A DNA stretch of 14,557 nt. Origin: Sulfurihydrogenibium sp. Lineage in GTDB: Bacteria; Aquificota; Aquificia; Aquificales; Hydrogenothermaceae. The DNA lies in assembly GCA_037442825.1 (NCBI GenBank), contig JBBIPN010000031.1, positions 1 through 14,557 on the forward strand, given 5' to 3'. Position 1 is the stretch's first letter; the number at the start of each line of letters is the position of its first letter. Shown piece by piece: positions 1 through 8,707 of the stretch. The translations under genes were made by a program, and so were the position numbers. The notes below the pieces were generated by a model. It ran no database searches and was not told where the DNA came from. It saw only the letters and a program-made list of their open reading frames with translations.

Positions 1-111
1 AATAGAAAATATTTTTTAAAATGTAATAACTGCAACGTTTTATATCCTATTATTGATGATATTCCTATTTTGTTAAAAGAAGAAGCAATAAAGGAAGAAT
101 CTATTGAGTAA
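1..111 (+). CDS. Trm112/YcaR (UPF0434)-family small protein, 3' part only (start lies outside the window)
   Basis: Not in the ORF track. Frame +1 reads NRKYFLKCNNCNVLYPIIDDIPILLKEEAIKEESIE* with TAA at 109-111. It matches the Trm112-like C-terminal pattern LxCxxC..YPI.D.IP.LL.EEA. The stop overlaps the cdsA TTG start (104-106). Confidence 0.85.
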   Translation, partial: NRKYFLKCNNCNVLYPIIDDIPILLKEEAIKEESIE

Positions 112-871
112 TCTTCTAAAAAGAACTATCTCAGCTTTTATTTTAGGTTTTTTTGTAGTTTTTTGTGTTTTATACTTACCTGTCAATATTTTAAAAATTT
201 TTGTAGCTATCATTTCAGTTATTGCAGTTTATGAGATTTTTAACCTTTTAGATAAAAAAGTTTTTGGGATAAAGAATATTTGGATTTATCCTGTATCATT
301 TTTATCTTCTTTATCTTTACTTTTTTTAGATATCTACATTTCTCTTTTAGTAATCTTTCTATACTCATTTTTTATAGCTACTAAAAGGTGGGATTTAAAC
401 TATCTTTCTTACTCTGTGTTTGGATTTATTTATGGTGTGTTTTTTGTATCTTCTATTGGATTAATTTTTGATTTTGATAAAAAATATATCTTTATTATCT
501 TTGCAACTGTTTGGTTTGGAGACACTTTTGCTTACTTTGTTGGTAAAAGTATAGGTAAGAAAAAACTATCAGAAAGAATATCTCCTAAAAAGACGATAGA
601 AGGTGCTATAGGTAGTTTTGTTGGCTCTATTATTGGTGGATATATGGTTATATACTTTTTAAAACTAGATATTTTATTTATAATTCCCGTTGTTATATCT
701 GCTTTTTTGCTACAGATTGGTGACCTTTTTGAAAGTTTTATAAAAAGACAAGTAAATCAAAAAGATTCTTCCAACTTAATACCTGGTCATGGCGGTTTAT
801 TAGATAGAATAGATTCCTTAATATTTGCTTCTGTGATATTCTTAATTTTTTTAAAGATTTATTCTAATTAA
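104..871 (+). CDS. cdsA: Phosphatidate cytidylyltransferase (CDP-diglyceride synthase)
   Basis: Very hydrophobic 255 aa protein with CdsA signatures WFGDTFAYFVG, ISPKKTIEG, GDLFESFIKR and KDSSNLIPGHGGLLDRIDS. TTG start preceded by AAGGAAG. Confidence 0.96.
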   Translation: MSNLLKRTISAFILGFFVVFCVLYLPVNILKIFVAIISVIAVYEIFNLLDKKVFGIKNIWIYPVSFLSSLSLLFLDIYISLLVIFLYSFFIATKRWDLNYLSYSVFGFIYGVFFVSSIGLIFDFDKKYIFIIFATVWFGDTFAYFVGKSIGKKKLSERISPKKTIEGAIGSFVGSIIGGYMVIYFLKLDILFIIPVVISAFLLQIGDLFESFIKRQVNQKDSSNLIPGHGGLLDRIDSLIFASVIFLIFLKIYSN

Positions 872-1946
872 ACACCTTTACAATATTATAATATGTATCC
901 CTTTGGGCTGGTGTAAATCCTGCATCTTTTATCTGTTTTACCATTTTCTCAGGTTTTGGACTTGAAACTTTAAAACCAGTAGATGCAACAACATTTTCCT
1001 CTATCATTGTACTTCCAAGGTCATTAGCACCAAATCTTAAACCTACTTGTCCTATTTTCATAGTTTGAGTAACATGGGATGATTGGATATTATTAAAGTT
1101 ATCTAAATATATTCTTGATAAAGCTAAAACTTTCAAATACCATACAGAAGTAGCCGGTTCTAAGTAATCAAGTTGTGTATTTCCTTTTTGGAATGTCCAA
1201 GGTATAAAAGCAGTAAATCCTCCTGTCTCATCTTGAAGTTTTCTTACATTTTCAAGATGCTCAACAATATGTTTAGGTTTTTCTACATGACCAAACATCA
1301 TAGTAGCTGTAGATCTCATACCAAGGTTATGGGCTGTTCTGTGCACTTCAAGCCATTGTGAAGTTGTTGTTTTATTTGATGATATTAATACTCTAACTTC
1401 ATCAGATAATATCTCTGCTCCACCACCAGGTAAAGACATTAAACCAGCTTCCTTTAATTTTTCCAATACTTCTTTGATACTAATTTTTTCTAATTTTGCA
1501 ATATAGTTTATCTCTGTTGCAGATAGGGAATGTATCTGTATCTGTGGGAATTTCTCTTTTATCCTTGAAAAAAGTTCAATATAGAAATCAAGTCTTAAAT
1601 CTGGGTTTAAACCTCCTTGCATTAAAAGTGTAGTTCCACCCCAATCTACCAGTTCTTGTATTTTATTAAATATCTCATCTAAATCTAAAACATAAGCATC
1701 TTTATCCGTTTTTCTTTTTTGGAAAGCACAAAATTTACAACCTGCAACACAGATGTTTGTATAGTTTATATTTCTATCAATTACAAAGGTAGCTATATTA
1801 TCTGGATGTTTTATTGACCTTACATAATCAGCTAACCTTCCAAAAGATAAAAGGTCAAAGTTTTCCAACATAAATAAAGCTTCTTCTGGTTTTATCCTTT
1901 CTCTATTTAAAACTTTCTCTGTTATATAACTTTTTTCTTTAATCAA
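864..1946 (-). CDS. mqnC: Cyclic dehypoxanthine futalosine synthase (radical SAM, futalosine menaquinone pathway; CofH/MqnC family)
   Basis: RNINYTNIC-VAG-CKFC radical SAM CxxxCxxC motif, plus LMQGG, PGGGAEIL, TATMMFGHVE, FIPWTFQ and GANDLGSTMIEENVV motifs typical of MqnC. The TTG start overlaps the ldhA stop (TTGA, 1943-1946). Its 3' end overlaps cdsA convergently by 8 bp. Confidence 0.88.
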   Translation of the reverse strand: MIKEKSYITEKVLNRERIKPEEALFMLENFDLLSFGRLADYVRSIKHPDNIATFVIDRNINYTNICVAGCKFCAFQKRKTDKDAYVLDLDEIFNKIQELVDWGGTTLLMQGGLNPDLRLDFYIELFSRIKEKFPQIQIHSLSATEINYIAKLEKISIKEVLEKLKEAGLMSLPGGGAEILSDEVRVLISSNKTTTSQWLEVHRTAHNLGMRSTATMMFGHVEKPKHIVEHLENVRKLQDETGGFTAFIPWTFQKGNTQLDYLEPATSVWYLKVLALSRIYLDNFNNIQSSHVTQTMKIGQVGLRFGANDLGSTMIEENVVASTGFKVSSPKPEKMVKQIKDAGFTPAQRDTYYNIVKVFN

Positions 1947-2965
1947 TTTGTCACCCCAACTACATTTTTAGGATTTCCTTCAATAAAAGATTTTAGATTA
2001 TCTAAGGTTATATCAAGTATTCTATAAAGGGCGTCTTTTGTGTTGTATGCATTATGGGGAGAAACAATTACATTTTCAGAATGTAAAACATAGAATGATT
2101 CTAAGGCTTTTTTTAATTTTATAGCTGGAATATCATCTCTTTTTAAAAACTCTTCTTCTATCCAGATATCTTCAGCCTCAAACGTATCAAGTCCAACTCC
2201 ACCGGCAAGCCTTCCTTCCTTCAGTGCTTGAACTATAGCTTCTATTTCTACTACAGGACCTCTTGATGTATTTATAAGCATAGCATCAAGTTTCATAAGT
2301 TTTATATTGAATCTGTTTATTAAGTGATGTGTTGATGGCGTATAAGGAACATGAATTGTAACAATATCAGCATTTCTTAATAAATCTTCAAGTCCAACAT
2401 ACTCTACATTATACTCTTGAACAAGTTCTTCATCTCTTGCTCTGTCGTACACTAAAATTTTCATACCAAAACCGTCAGCAATCCTTATAACATGTTTTCC
2501 TATTCTTCCAGCACCTATTACACCTATCGTTTTACCCATCAAATCTATACCTGTAAGACCATCCCTTGAAAAAATACCTTTTGAAGTTCTTTCAATCATA
2601 GGTCTAAATTTTCTTGCAAGAGCAAGTATCAAAGCAAATGTATACTCTGCAACTGTATTATTTCCATAACCAGGAACATTACAAACAGTTATACCTTTTT
2701 CTTTTGCATACTTAACATCTATATGGTCATAACCTGTCGACCTTGTAATAATAAGTTTTAAATTTTCCATTTTATCGATAACTTCTTTGCTAAGTTTAGA
2801 GTATATAAAAACTATAGCCACTTCTGCGTTTTTGTAAAGGTCTATGTTTGTATCATCAAGAGGTTCTTTTGTAAATTGAATTTTCCTTTCTATCTTCATA
2901 TCACTTATTTTCTTTTCTAAATACAACTTTTCCCAGTCCTCTGTTTCAAAAAAATGTATATTCAT
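1943..2965 (-). CDS. ldhA: NAD-dependent D-2-hydroxyacid dehydrogenase (D-lactate dehydrogenase-like)
   Basis: TRSTGYDHID, VAEY, Rossmann GVIGAGRIG, catalytic motifs INTSRG / LDTFEAE / SPHNA. From memory it resembles Aquifex aeolicus D-LDH along its length. Start moved from 2983 to ATG 2965 (MNIHFF, 340 aa) because an AGGGGG RBS lies just upstream. Substrate specificity is uncertain. Confidence 0.8.
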   Translation of the reverse strand: MNIHFFETEDWEKLYLEKKISDMKIERKIQFTKEPLDDTNIDLYKNAEVAIVFIYSKLSKEVIDKMENLKLIITRSTGYDHIDVKYAKEKGITVCNVPGYGNNTVAEYTFALILALARKFRPMIERTSKGIFSRDGLTGIDLMGKTIGVIGAGRIGKHVIRIADGFGMKILVYDRARDEELVQEYNVEYVGLEDLLRNADIVTIHVPYTPSTHHLINRFNIKLMKLDAMLINTSRGPVVEIEAIVQALKEGRLAGGVGLDTFEAEDIWIEEEFLKRDDIPAIKLKKALESFYVLHSENVIVSPHNAYNTKDALYRILDITLDNLKSFIEGNPKNVVGVTN

Positions 2966-2983
2966 ATCAAAACCCCCTAACAT

Positions 2984-3002
2984 TTATAATATTATAATAT
3001 CA
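2984..3002. promoter_or_regulatory. Overlapping divergent -10 elements for ldhA-mqnC (minus) and mtnC (plus)
   Basis: Perfect 14-bp palindrome TTATAATATTATAA at 2984-2997. TATAAT on plus at 2985-2990 and 2993-2998, TATAAT on minus at 2996-2991, and extended -10-like TGATATTAT on minus at 3002-2994. All lie in a 54-bp divergent spacer. Confidence 0.55.
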
Positions 3003-3019
3003 TTTTTGGAGGTTAAGTA

Positions 3020-3709
3020 ATGATTAAAATAATCATAACAGATATAGAAGGTACAACCACGCCTATATCCTTTGTAAAGGATGTTTTATTCCCATATTCA
3101 TACGAAAAAATAGAAAGTTTCATAAAAGAAAATTTAAATAATCCTGAAGTTTTAAGGATACTAAATAATATAAAAAAATTAGAAAATAAAGATTTAACGA
3201 TAGAAGAAATCATATGGATTTTAAAAAAATGGATAGAGGAAGATAAAAAAATCACTCCCCTTAAAGAGATTCAAGGTTTAATATGGGAAGAAGGATATAA
3301 AACAAGAAAGTTGGAAGGATTTATATATCCAGATGCTTATAAAAACTTAAAATGTTGGGTTGATAATGGTTTAAAAATATACGTTTACTCTTCTGGTTCT
3401 GTAAAAGCTCAAAAACTTTTATTTTCAAATACAAACTATGGAGATATAAATTATCTCTTTTCAGGTTACTTTGATACAAATATTGGCAATAAGAAAGATA
3501 GTGAATCTTACTCAAAGATTGCAAAAGAGATAAATATATTGCCAGAAAATATACTTTTCTTATCAGATAATCCTGATGAAATAATAGCTGCAGCTAAAAG
3601 TGGTATGAAAGTAATAAGATTAGCAAGACCAAAGGATGCTGAATATATAAAAAATTTTCCATATATGCAAGTTGAAAGTTTTGATGAGATAGATTTAAAT
3701 AAGGTTTAA
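3020..3709 (+). CDS. mtnC: Enolase-phosphatase E1 (acireductone synthase), methionine salvage, HAD family
   Basis: TDIEGTTTPISFVKDVLFPY, LKEIQGLIWEEGY, YVYSSGSVKAQKLLF, YFDT and LFLSD motifs are diagnostic. GGAGGT RBS just upstream of the ATG. Confidence 0.95.
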   Translation: MIKIIITDIEGTTTPISFVKDVLFPYSYEKIESFIKENLNNPEVLRILNNIKKLENKDLTIEEIIWILKKWIEEDKKITPLKEIQGLIWEEGYKTRKLEGFIYPDAYKNLKCWVDNGLKIYVYSSGSVKAQKLLFSNTNYGDINYLFSGYFDTNIGNKKDSESYSKIAKEINILPENILFLSDNPDEIIAAAKSGMKVIRLARPKDAEYIKNFPYMQVESFDEIDLNKV

Positions 3710-3768
3710 AATAAAATCTAGGTTATTTTTAATGGTTTCTCTTAAAACAAATAATTATGTATAATACT

Positions 3769-5592
3769 TTATTTTTTTACTAAATTTTCTATTTTCTCTT
3801 TTAACTCTTCTATATCTATATTTTCATCTACTTGTAAAATCTCTAAAAGTTTTTCTATACTTACCCATTTTTTTAAAACCATACCTTGTGTTAGTAATTT
3901 TTCAAATGGTTCATCTACTTCTACAAGACCCATATCTTTTAAGAATTTTGTGAAAAATCTTGAATAAAGTAAATGTAAAACTGCGTGTTCTATCCCTCCT
4001 ATATATATATCTACCGGCATCCAGTAATCTACTTTTTCTTTATAAAAAGGTAATTTATCATTTTTAGGATCACAGTATCGTAAGAAGTACCAAGAGCTGT
4101 CAAAAAATGTATCCATCGTGTCAGTTTCTCTTTTTGCTGGTTTTCCACATTTTGGACATTTAGTACTTACAAACTCTTCTACTTTTGATAGAGGTGAACC
4201 ACCTACTCCAGTAAACTCTACATTTTGAGGTAGTATAACAGGTAAATCTTTTTCCGGTACAGGGACAATACCACAATCATCACAGTATATGATAGGTATT
4301 GGTGTTCCCCAGTATCTTTGTCTTGAGATATTCCAATCTCTTAATCTGTAAGTAATAGATTTTTCTCCTAACCCTTTTTCTTGAATGTATTTTGTAAATT
4401 CTTGTTTTGCTTGTGTAGATGTTAAACCATCAAATTGGCCAGAATTTACAACGATACCTTCTTCTTCATAAGCTGATTTAGAAAAATCCCACTCTTTATC
4501 CTTTGGTTTTATAACAACTTTTATTGGCAAGTTATATTTAAATGCAAACTCAAAATCTCTTTGATCATGAGCTGGAACTGCCATTATTGCACCAGTACCA
4601 TAACCCCAAAGTATATAGTTTGCAGCATATATTGGAATCTCTTCTCCTGTTAATGGGTTAATAGCGTACTTACCTAAAAATACTCCTTCTTTTTCTTCTA
4701 CAATAGACCTCTCTTTCGTAGATAAAGATTTTATCTTTTCTACAAATTTACTTACTTCTTCAAAGTATGATGTGTCTTTTGAGAGTTCTAACGTTAATGG
4801 GTTTTCTGGTGCTAAAGCTAAAAACGTTACACCAAAAACTGTATCTGGTCTTGTTGTAAAAACTTCCATATTTATACTACTATCTTTAACAGGAAATTTT
4901 ATTTTTGCTCCTTCAGATTTTCCGATCCATTTTTCTTGCATTATTAAAACTTGGCTTGGCCATTTACCTTTTAGCTTTTCTAAATCTTGTAAAAGTTTTT
5001 CTGCATAATCTGTTATTTTTAAATACCAAGATGGTATTTCTTTTTGAACTACATTTGTTCCACATCTCCAACATTTACCATCTATAACTTGCTCATTGGC
5101 AAGTACAGTCATATCATGGGGGCACCAGTTAACAGTAGCTGATTTTCTATAAGCTATACCTTTTTCAAACATTTTTAAAAATATCCATTGGTTCCATTTA
5201 TAATACTCAGGATTACAAGTTGCTATCTCTCTATTCCAGTCGTAAGAAAATCCAAGTTTTTTTAGCTGAGACCTCATATAATCTATATTTTCGTAGGTCC
5301 ATTTTGCTGGATGTATTCCACTTTTTATAGCAGCATTTTCTGCTGGCATACCAAAAGCGTCCCATCCCATAGGATGAAGTGTATTTTTACCAGTCATTTT
5401 ATAGTATCTATTTATAATATCACCTATAGCATAGTTTCTAACATGTCCCATATGTATTTTCCCTGATGGATATGGGAACATTTCTAAAACGTAGTATTTA
5501 TTTTCTTTTTCACTTTCTTTTGTTTCAAAAAGATTTTTCTCTTCCCATTCTTTTAACAACTGATTTTCTATATCTTCAAATCTATATTCCAT
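3769..5592 (-). CDS. leuS: Leucyl-tRNA synthetase alpha subunit (N-terminal part of a split, heterodimeric LeuRS)
   Basis: MFPYPSG-HMGH (HIGH motif), CP1 editing domain ([22 protein letters not shown]), [17 protein letters not shown] and GGIEHA. The 607 aa protein stops shortly after LLTQGMV, with no KMSKS or anticodon-binding domain, as in the Aquifex alpha subunit. Confidence 0.93.
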   Translation of the reverse strand: MEYRFEDIENQLLKEWEEKNLFETKESEKENKYYVLEMFPYPSGKIHMGHVRNYAIGDIINRYYKMTGKNTLHPMGWDAFGMPAENAAIKSGIHPAKWTYENIDYMRSQLKKLGFSYDWNREIATCNPEYYKWNQWIFLKMFEKGIAYRKSATVNWCPHDMTVLANEQVIDGKCWRCGTNVVQKEIPSWYLKITDYAEKLLQDLEKLKGKWPSQVLIMQEKWIGKSEGAKIKFPVKDSSINMEVFTTRPDTVFGVTFLALAPENPLTLELSKDTSYFEEVSKFVEKIKSLSTKERSIVEEKEGVFLGKYAINPLTGEEIPIYAANYILWGYGTGAIMAVPAHDQRDFEFAFKYNLPIKVVIKPKDKEWDFSKSAYEEEGIVVNSGQFDGLTSTQAKQEFTKYIQEKGLGEKSITYRLRDWNISRQRYWGTPIPIIYCDDCGIVPVPEKDLPVILPQNVEFTGVGGSPLSKVEEFVSTKCPKCGKPAKRETDTMDTFFDSSWYFLRYCDPKNDKLPFYKEKVDYWMPVDIYIGGIEHAVLHLLYSRFFTKFLKDMGLVEVDEPFEKLLTQGMVLKKWVSIEKLLEILQVDENIDIEELKEKIENLVKK

Positions 5593-5609
5593 CTGCTTCC
5601 CCTTCTTTA

Positions 5610-7286
5610 TTATTCAGAAGCCCTAAATAAAGCAACATTATCATCTTCAACTTTTCCAGATAAACTTTCATAACAAGAGTAGTAGTAAGGTGTAAATGCT
5701 TCAAATTCTGCAGCACACGTATCAACTACTTTATAGGATGCATCTATTCTTCTATTTCTGATTTCTTCTTCTGTAGTTTTTAAAATTCTTGACAACTCTC
5801 TATCAGAAAATCCCCATTGCTTTGCTTTTTCTAACTCTTCATCTTTGACAGTGTTGATATCTTTTTGTGATAAGTAAATCTCGTAATCTATTATCTCTTT
5901 AATCTGATTTAAAAACCATTTATCTATATGTGATAGTTTATGAACTTCTTCTACTGAATAACCTCTTCTAAAAGCTTCTGCTATATACAAAAGTCTATCT
6001 GGATCTGGTTTAATAATTTTCTCTTTTAAAGTATTTTCATCTGCTTTTTCAAGACCTATATAAAATCCATATCTTCCAAGTTCTAAACTTCTAATGGCTT
6101 TTTGAAGACTTTCTTTAAATGTTCTTCCAATAGCCATCACTTCACCAACAGATTTCATCATAGTAGTTAATGTTTGATCTGCTTCTGGAAATTTTGCAAA
6201 ATCAAATCTTGGTATTTTTGTAACTATGTAATCTATAGTTGGTTCAAAGGATGCTGGCGTCTTTTTTGTTATATCGTTTGGAAGTTCATCAAGAGTATAA
6301 CCAACAGCAAGTTTTGCAGCTATCTTTGCTATAGGGAAACCGGTAGCTTTAGATGCTAAAGCTGAAGACCTTGAAACTCTTGGATTCATCTCAATAATAT
6401 AGAACTCCCCAGTTTCTGGATTTTGAGCAAATTGGACGTTTGAACCACCTGTCTCAACACCAATTTCTCTAATAACTGCTATAGAATAGTTTCTTAATAT
6501 CTGATACTCCCTATCTGACAACGTCATTGCTGGAGCTATTGTTATACTATCTCCAGTATGGACTCCCATAGGATCTAAGTTTTCTATAGAACAGATTATT
6601 ACACAGTTATCATTTTTATCTCTCATAACTTCCATTTCAAACTCTTTCCAGCCTATAATAGACTGTTCAAGTAAAACTTCATGAATTGGCGAAGCATCTA
6701 ATCCAGCTTTAACTTTTAGATAAAACTCATCTCTGTTGTAAGCTATACCGCCACCTGTACCACCAAGTGTAAAAGATGGTCTTATTATAACTGGAAAATT
6801 TATCCATTCTACAACTTCTTCTGCTTGAGCAAGAGATTTTACGACTGCACTTTTTGGCATAGACAAACCTATATTTTCCATAGCTTTTTTAAATAGGTCT
6901 CTGTCTTCTGCTTTCTTTATAACTTCGTATTTTGCACCAATCAACTCTACATTATACTTATCTAAAATTCCTTTTTCATACAAGTTTATAGCAAGGTTTA
7001 AAGCTGTTTGACCTCCAAGTGTTGGCAAAATAGCATCAGGTCTTTCTTTCTCTATAATTTTCTCTAAAACTGGTGTGATAAGTGGTTCTATATAAGTTTT
7101 ATCTGCAATGTTTGGATCTGTCATTATTGTAGCTGGGTTAGAGTTTACAAGGATTACTCTATAACCTTCTTCTTTTAAAGCTTTGGCTCCTTGGGTACCA
7201 GAATAGTCAAACTCTGCAGCTTGCCCAATAATTATAGGTCCAGAACCAATTAAAAGAATTGTTTCAATATCTGTCCTTTTTGGCAT
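5610..7286 (-). CDS. carB: Carbamoyl-phosphate synthase large subunit, N-terminal half (carB1/CPS.A of a split CarB)
   Basis: MPKRTDI...[53 protein letters not shown], and ends after [19 protein letters not shown]. Start moved from 7325 to ATG 7286 (GAGGT RBS; 558 aa). Only one ATP-grasp half is present, followed by tandem TAA TAA stops. Confidence 0.93.
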   Translation of the reverse strand: MPKRTDIETILLIGSGPIIIGQAAEFDYSGTQGAKALKEEGYRVILVNSNPATIMTDPNIADKTYIEPLITPVLEKIIEKERPDAILPTLGGQTALNLAINLYEKGILDKYNVELIGAKYEVIKKAEDRDLFKKAMENIGLSMPKSAVVKSLAQAEEVVEWINFPVIIRPSFTLGGTGGGIAYNRDEFYLKVKAGLDASPIHEVLLEQSIIGWKEFEMEVMRDKNDNCVIICSIENLDPMGVHTGDSITIAPAMTLSDREYQILRNYSIAVIREIGVETGGSNVQFAQNPETGEFYIIEMNPRVSRSSALASKATGFPIAKIAAKLAVGYTLDELPNDITKKTPASFEPTIDYIVTKIPRFDFAKFPEADQTLTTMMKSVGEVMAIGRTFKESLQKAIRSLELGRYGFYIGLEKADENTLKEKIIKPDPDRLLYIAEAFRRGYSVEEVHKLSHIDKWFLNQIKEIIDYEIYLSQKDINTVKDEELEKAKQWGFSDRELSRILKTTEEEIRNRRIDASYKVVDTCAAEFEAFTPYYYSCYESLSGKVEDDNVALFRASE

Positions 7287-7315
7287 ACTATACCTCAGGT
7301 AAATTTTAGATATAT

Positions 7316-7324
7316 ATTTTATCA
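7316..7324 (-). promoter_or_regulatory. Candidate extended -10 promoter (TGnTAAAAT) for carB1-leuS
   Basis: TGATAAAAT on minus about 30 nt upstream of the carB ATG, in the 68-bp aioR-carB spacer. The context is AT-rich, so a chance match is possible. Confidence 0.45.
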
Positions 7325-7354
7325 TTGATTTAAATAATAAAAAGTAGTGTGTTT

Positions 7355-8707
7355 TTATAAATCTTCGGTATCTTTTATTTTCAGTTTTGATTTAAGAGTA
7401 TTTCTACTAATACCAAGAATATTTGCAACTTTTGTTTTATTATTTTCATATTTTTCAAGTAAAATTTTAATAATTTTTATCTCTAGATTTTCTATCATTC
7501 CTTTTATTTCCTCTTCATTAGTACTGTATATAAACTGTTTTATAATTTCTTCTAACACATCACATTTTTCACATGTATAATCTAAATTTAAACTGTTTAT
7601 GTATCCGTATTTAGTCTCTAAAACTCTCTTAAAAACAACATTCTTTAGTTCTCTAATATTTCCTTTCCATGGATAATTCTGTGCTTCTTTAATTGCTTCT
7701 TTTGTAAAACCATAAACATGGGTATTAAATTCTTCATTTGCAAGTTTTAGGAAATACATCATCAAGCTCTCAATATCTTCTTTTCTTTCTCTAAGTGGTG
7801 GTAGATGTATAGATAAACTGGAAATTCTATAAAACAGGTCTTCCCTAAATGTATTTTTAGTTATCATATCTTGTAAAGGTCTATTTGTGGCACAGATTAC
7901 TCTTACGTTAACTCTTTTTTCGGTTGTTTCTCCTATCTCATAAAATGTTCCATTTTCTAAAAATCTTAAAAGTTTTGATTGTAAACGATATGGTAAATCA
8001 CCTATTTCATCTAAAAATAAGGTTCCACCATCTGCCAACTTTACTTTTCCAGTTATATCTTTAACTGCTCCAGAAAAAGAACCTTTTTTAGCTCCAAAAA
8101 GTTCGCTTTCAAATAACTCAAAAGGAATAGCAGAACAGTTTAAAGCAACAAAAGGACCTTTACTTCTATAGGACCTTTCGTGAATGATCCTTGCAATTAC
8201 ATCTTTTCCAGTACCTGTCTCTCCTGTAATAAGAACAGGTATGTCAGATGATGCAGCTACCCCTACCATTTTAAAAACATCAAGCATTTTCTCAGAATTA
8301 GCTATAACATTTACAGATACGGTATCTTGATAATCTTTATAATCATTAACCTTAGAATTAAATACTTTCTTTACTAAATTTAATATCTCATCCTTTGTAA
8401 AAGGTTTTTTAACTACCTCAAAGGCACCATAAAAGGTTGCATCCATAAAGTTCTCTGGAGTAGCATATGCTGTTACGATAATCACAGGTAAGGTTTTTAA
8501 ATCTGAATTTTTAATAGTTTTTAGAAAATCTATTCCAGATTGATTCTTTAATCTTATATCTAAAATTAATAAGTCTGCATCTTTTATATCGCTTATATCA
8601 GGTATAGAAGAAAATGTTTCAACATCATAACCTTCTTCTTGAAATACCCTTTTTAAAGCATAGTTTACAGAACTTTCATCATCTATAACAACTATTTTAT
8701 TTTTCAT
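7355..8707 (-). CDS. aioR: NtrC-family (sigma54-type) response regulator, AioR-like
   Basis: Receiver domain (IDDE, LLILD, KKPF), AAA+ domain ([44 protein letters not shown]) and Fis-type HTH ([16 protein letters not shown]). The aio assignment comes from its position in the aioX-kinase operon next to aioBA. Confidence 0.82.
   Translation of the reverse strand: MKNKIVVIDDESSVNYALKRVFQEEGYDVETFSSIPDISDIKDADLLILDIRLKNQSGIDFLKTIKNSDLKTLPVIIVTAYATPENFMDATFYGAFEVVKKPFTKDEILNLVKKVFNSKVNDYKDYQDTVSVNVIANSEKMLDVFKMVGVAASSDIPVLITGETGTGKDVIARIIHERSYRSKGPFVALNCSAIPFELFESELFGAKKGSFSGAVKDITGKVKLADGGTLFLDEIGDLPYRLQSKLLRFLENGTFYEIGETTEKRVNVRVICATNRPLQDMITKNTFREDLFYRISSLSIHLPPLRERKEDIESLMMYFLKLANEEFNTHVYGFTKEAIKEAQNYPWKGNIRELKNVVFKRVLETKYGYINSLNLDYTCEKCDVLEEIIKQFIYSTNEEEIKGMIENLEIKIIKILLEKYENNKTKVANILGISRNTLKSKLKIKDTEDL

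Noticed and set aside
3707..3768. AT-only inverted repeat (AAAATAA...TTATTTT) and TATAAT at 3760-3765 between convergent mtnC and leuS
   Set aside because: The stem is too weak to call a terminator, and the -10 lacks a credible -35. Both are expected by chance in AT-rich DNA.
3769..7286. leuS and carB as truncated pseudogenes or frameshifts
   Set aside because: No continuation of either protein follows its stop: leuS starts right after carB, and mtnC lies convergent after leuS. Both splits match known Aquificota heteromeric enzymes.
7287..7325. ORF-track N-terminal extensions of carB (start 7325) and ldhA (start 2983)
   Set aside because: The downstream ATGs (7286, 2965) have clear RBSs and match the family N-termini. 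The extensions overlap RBS or promoter-like sequence.
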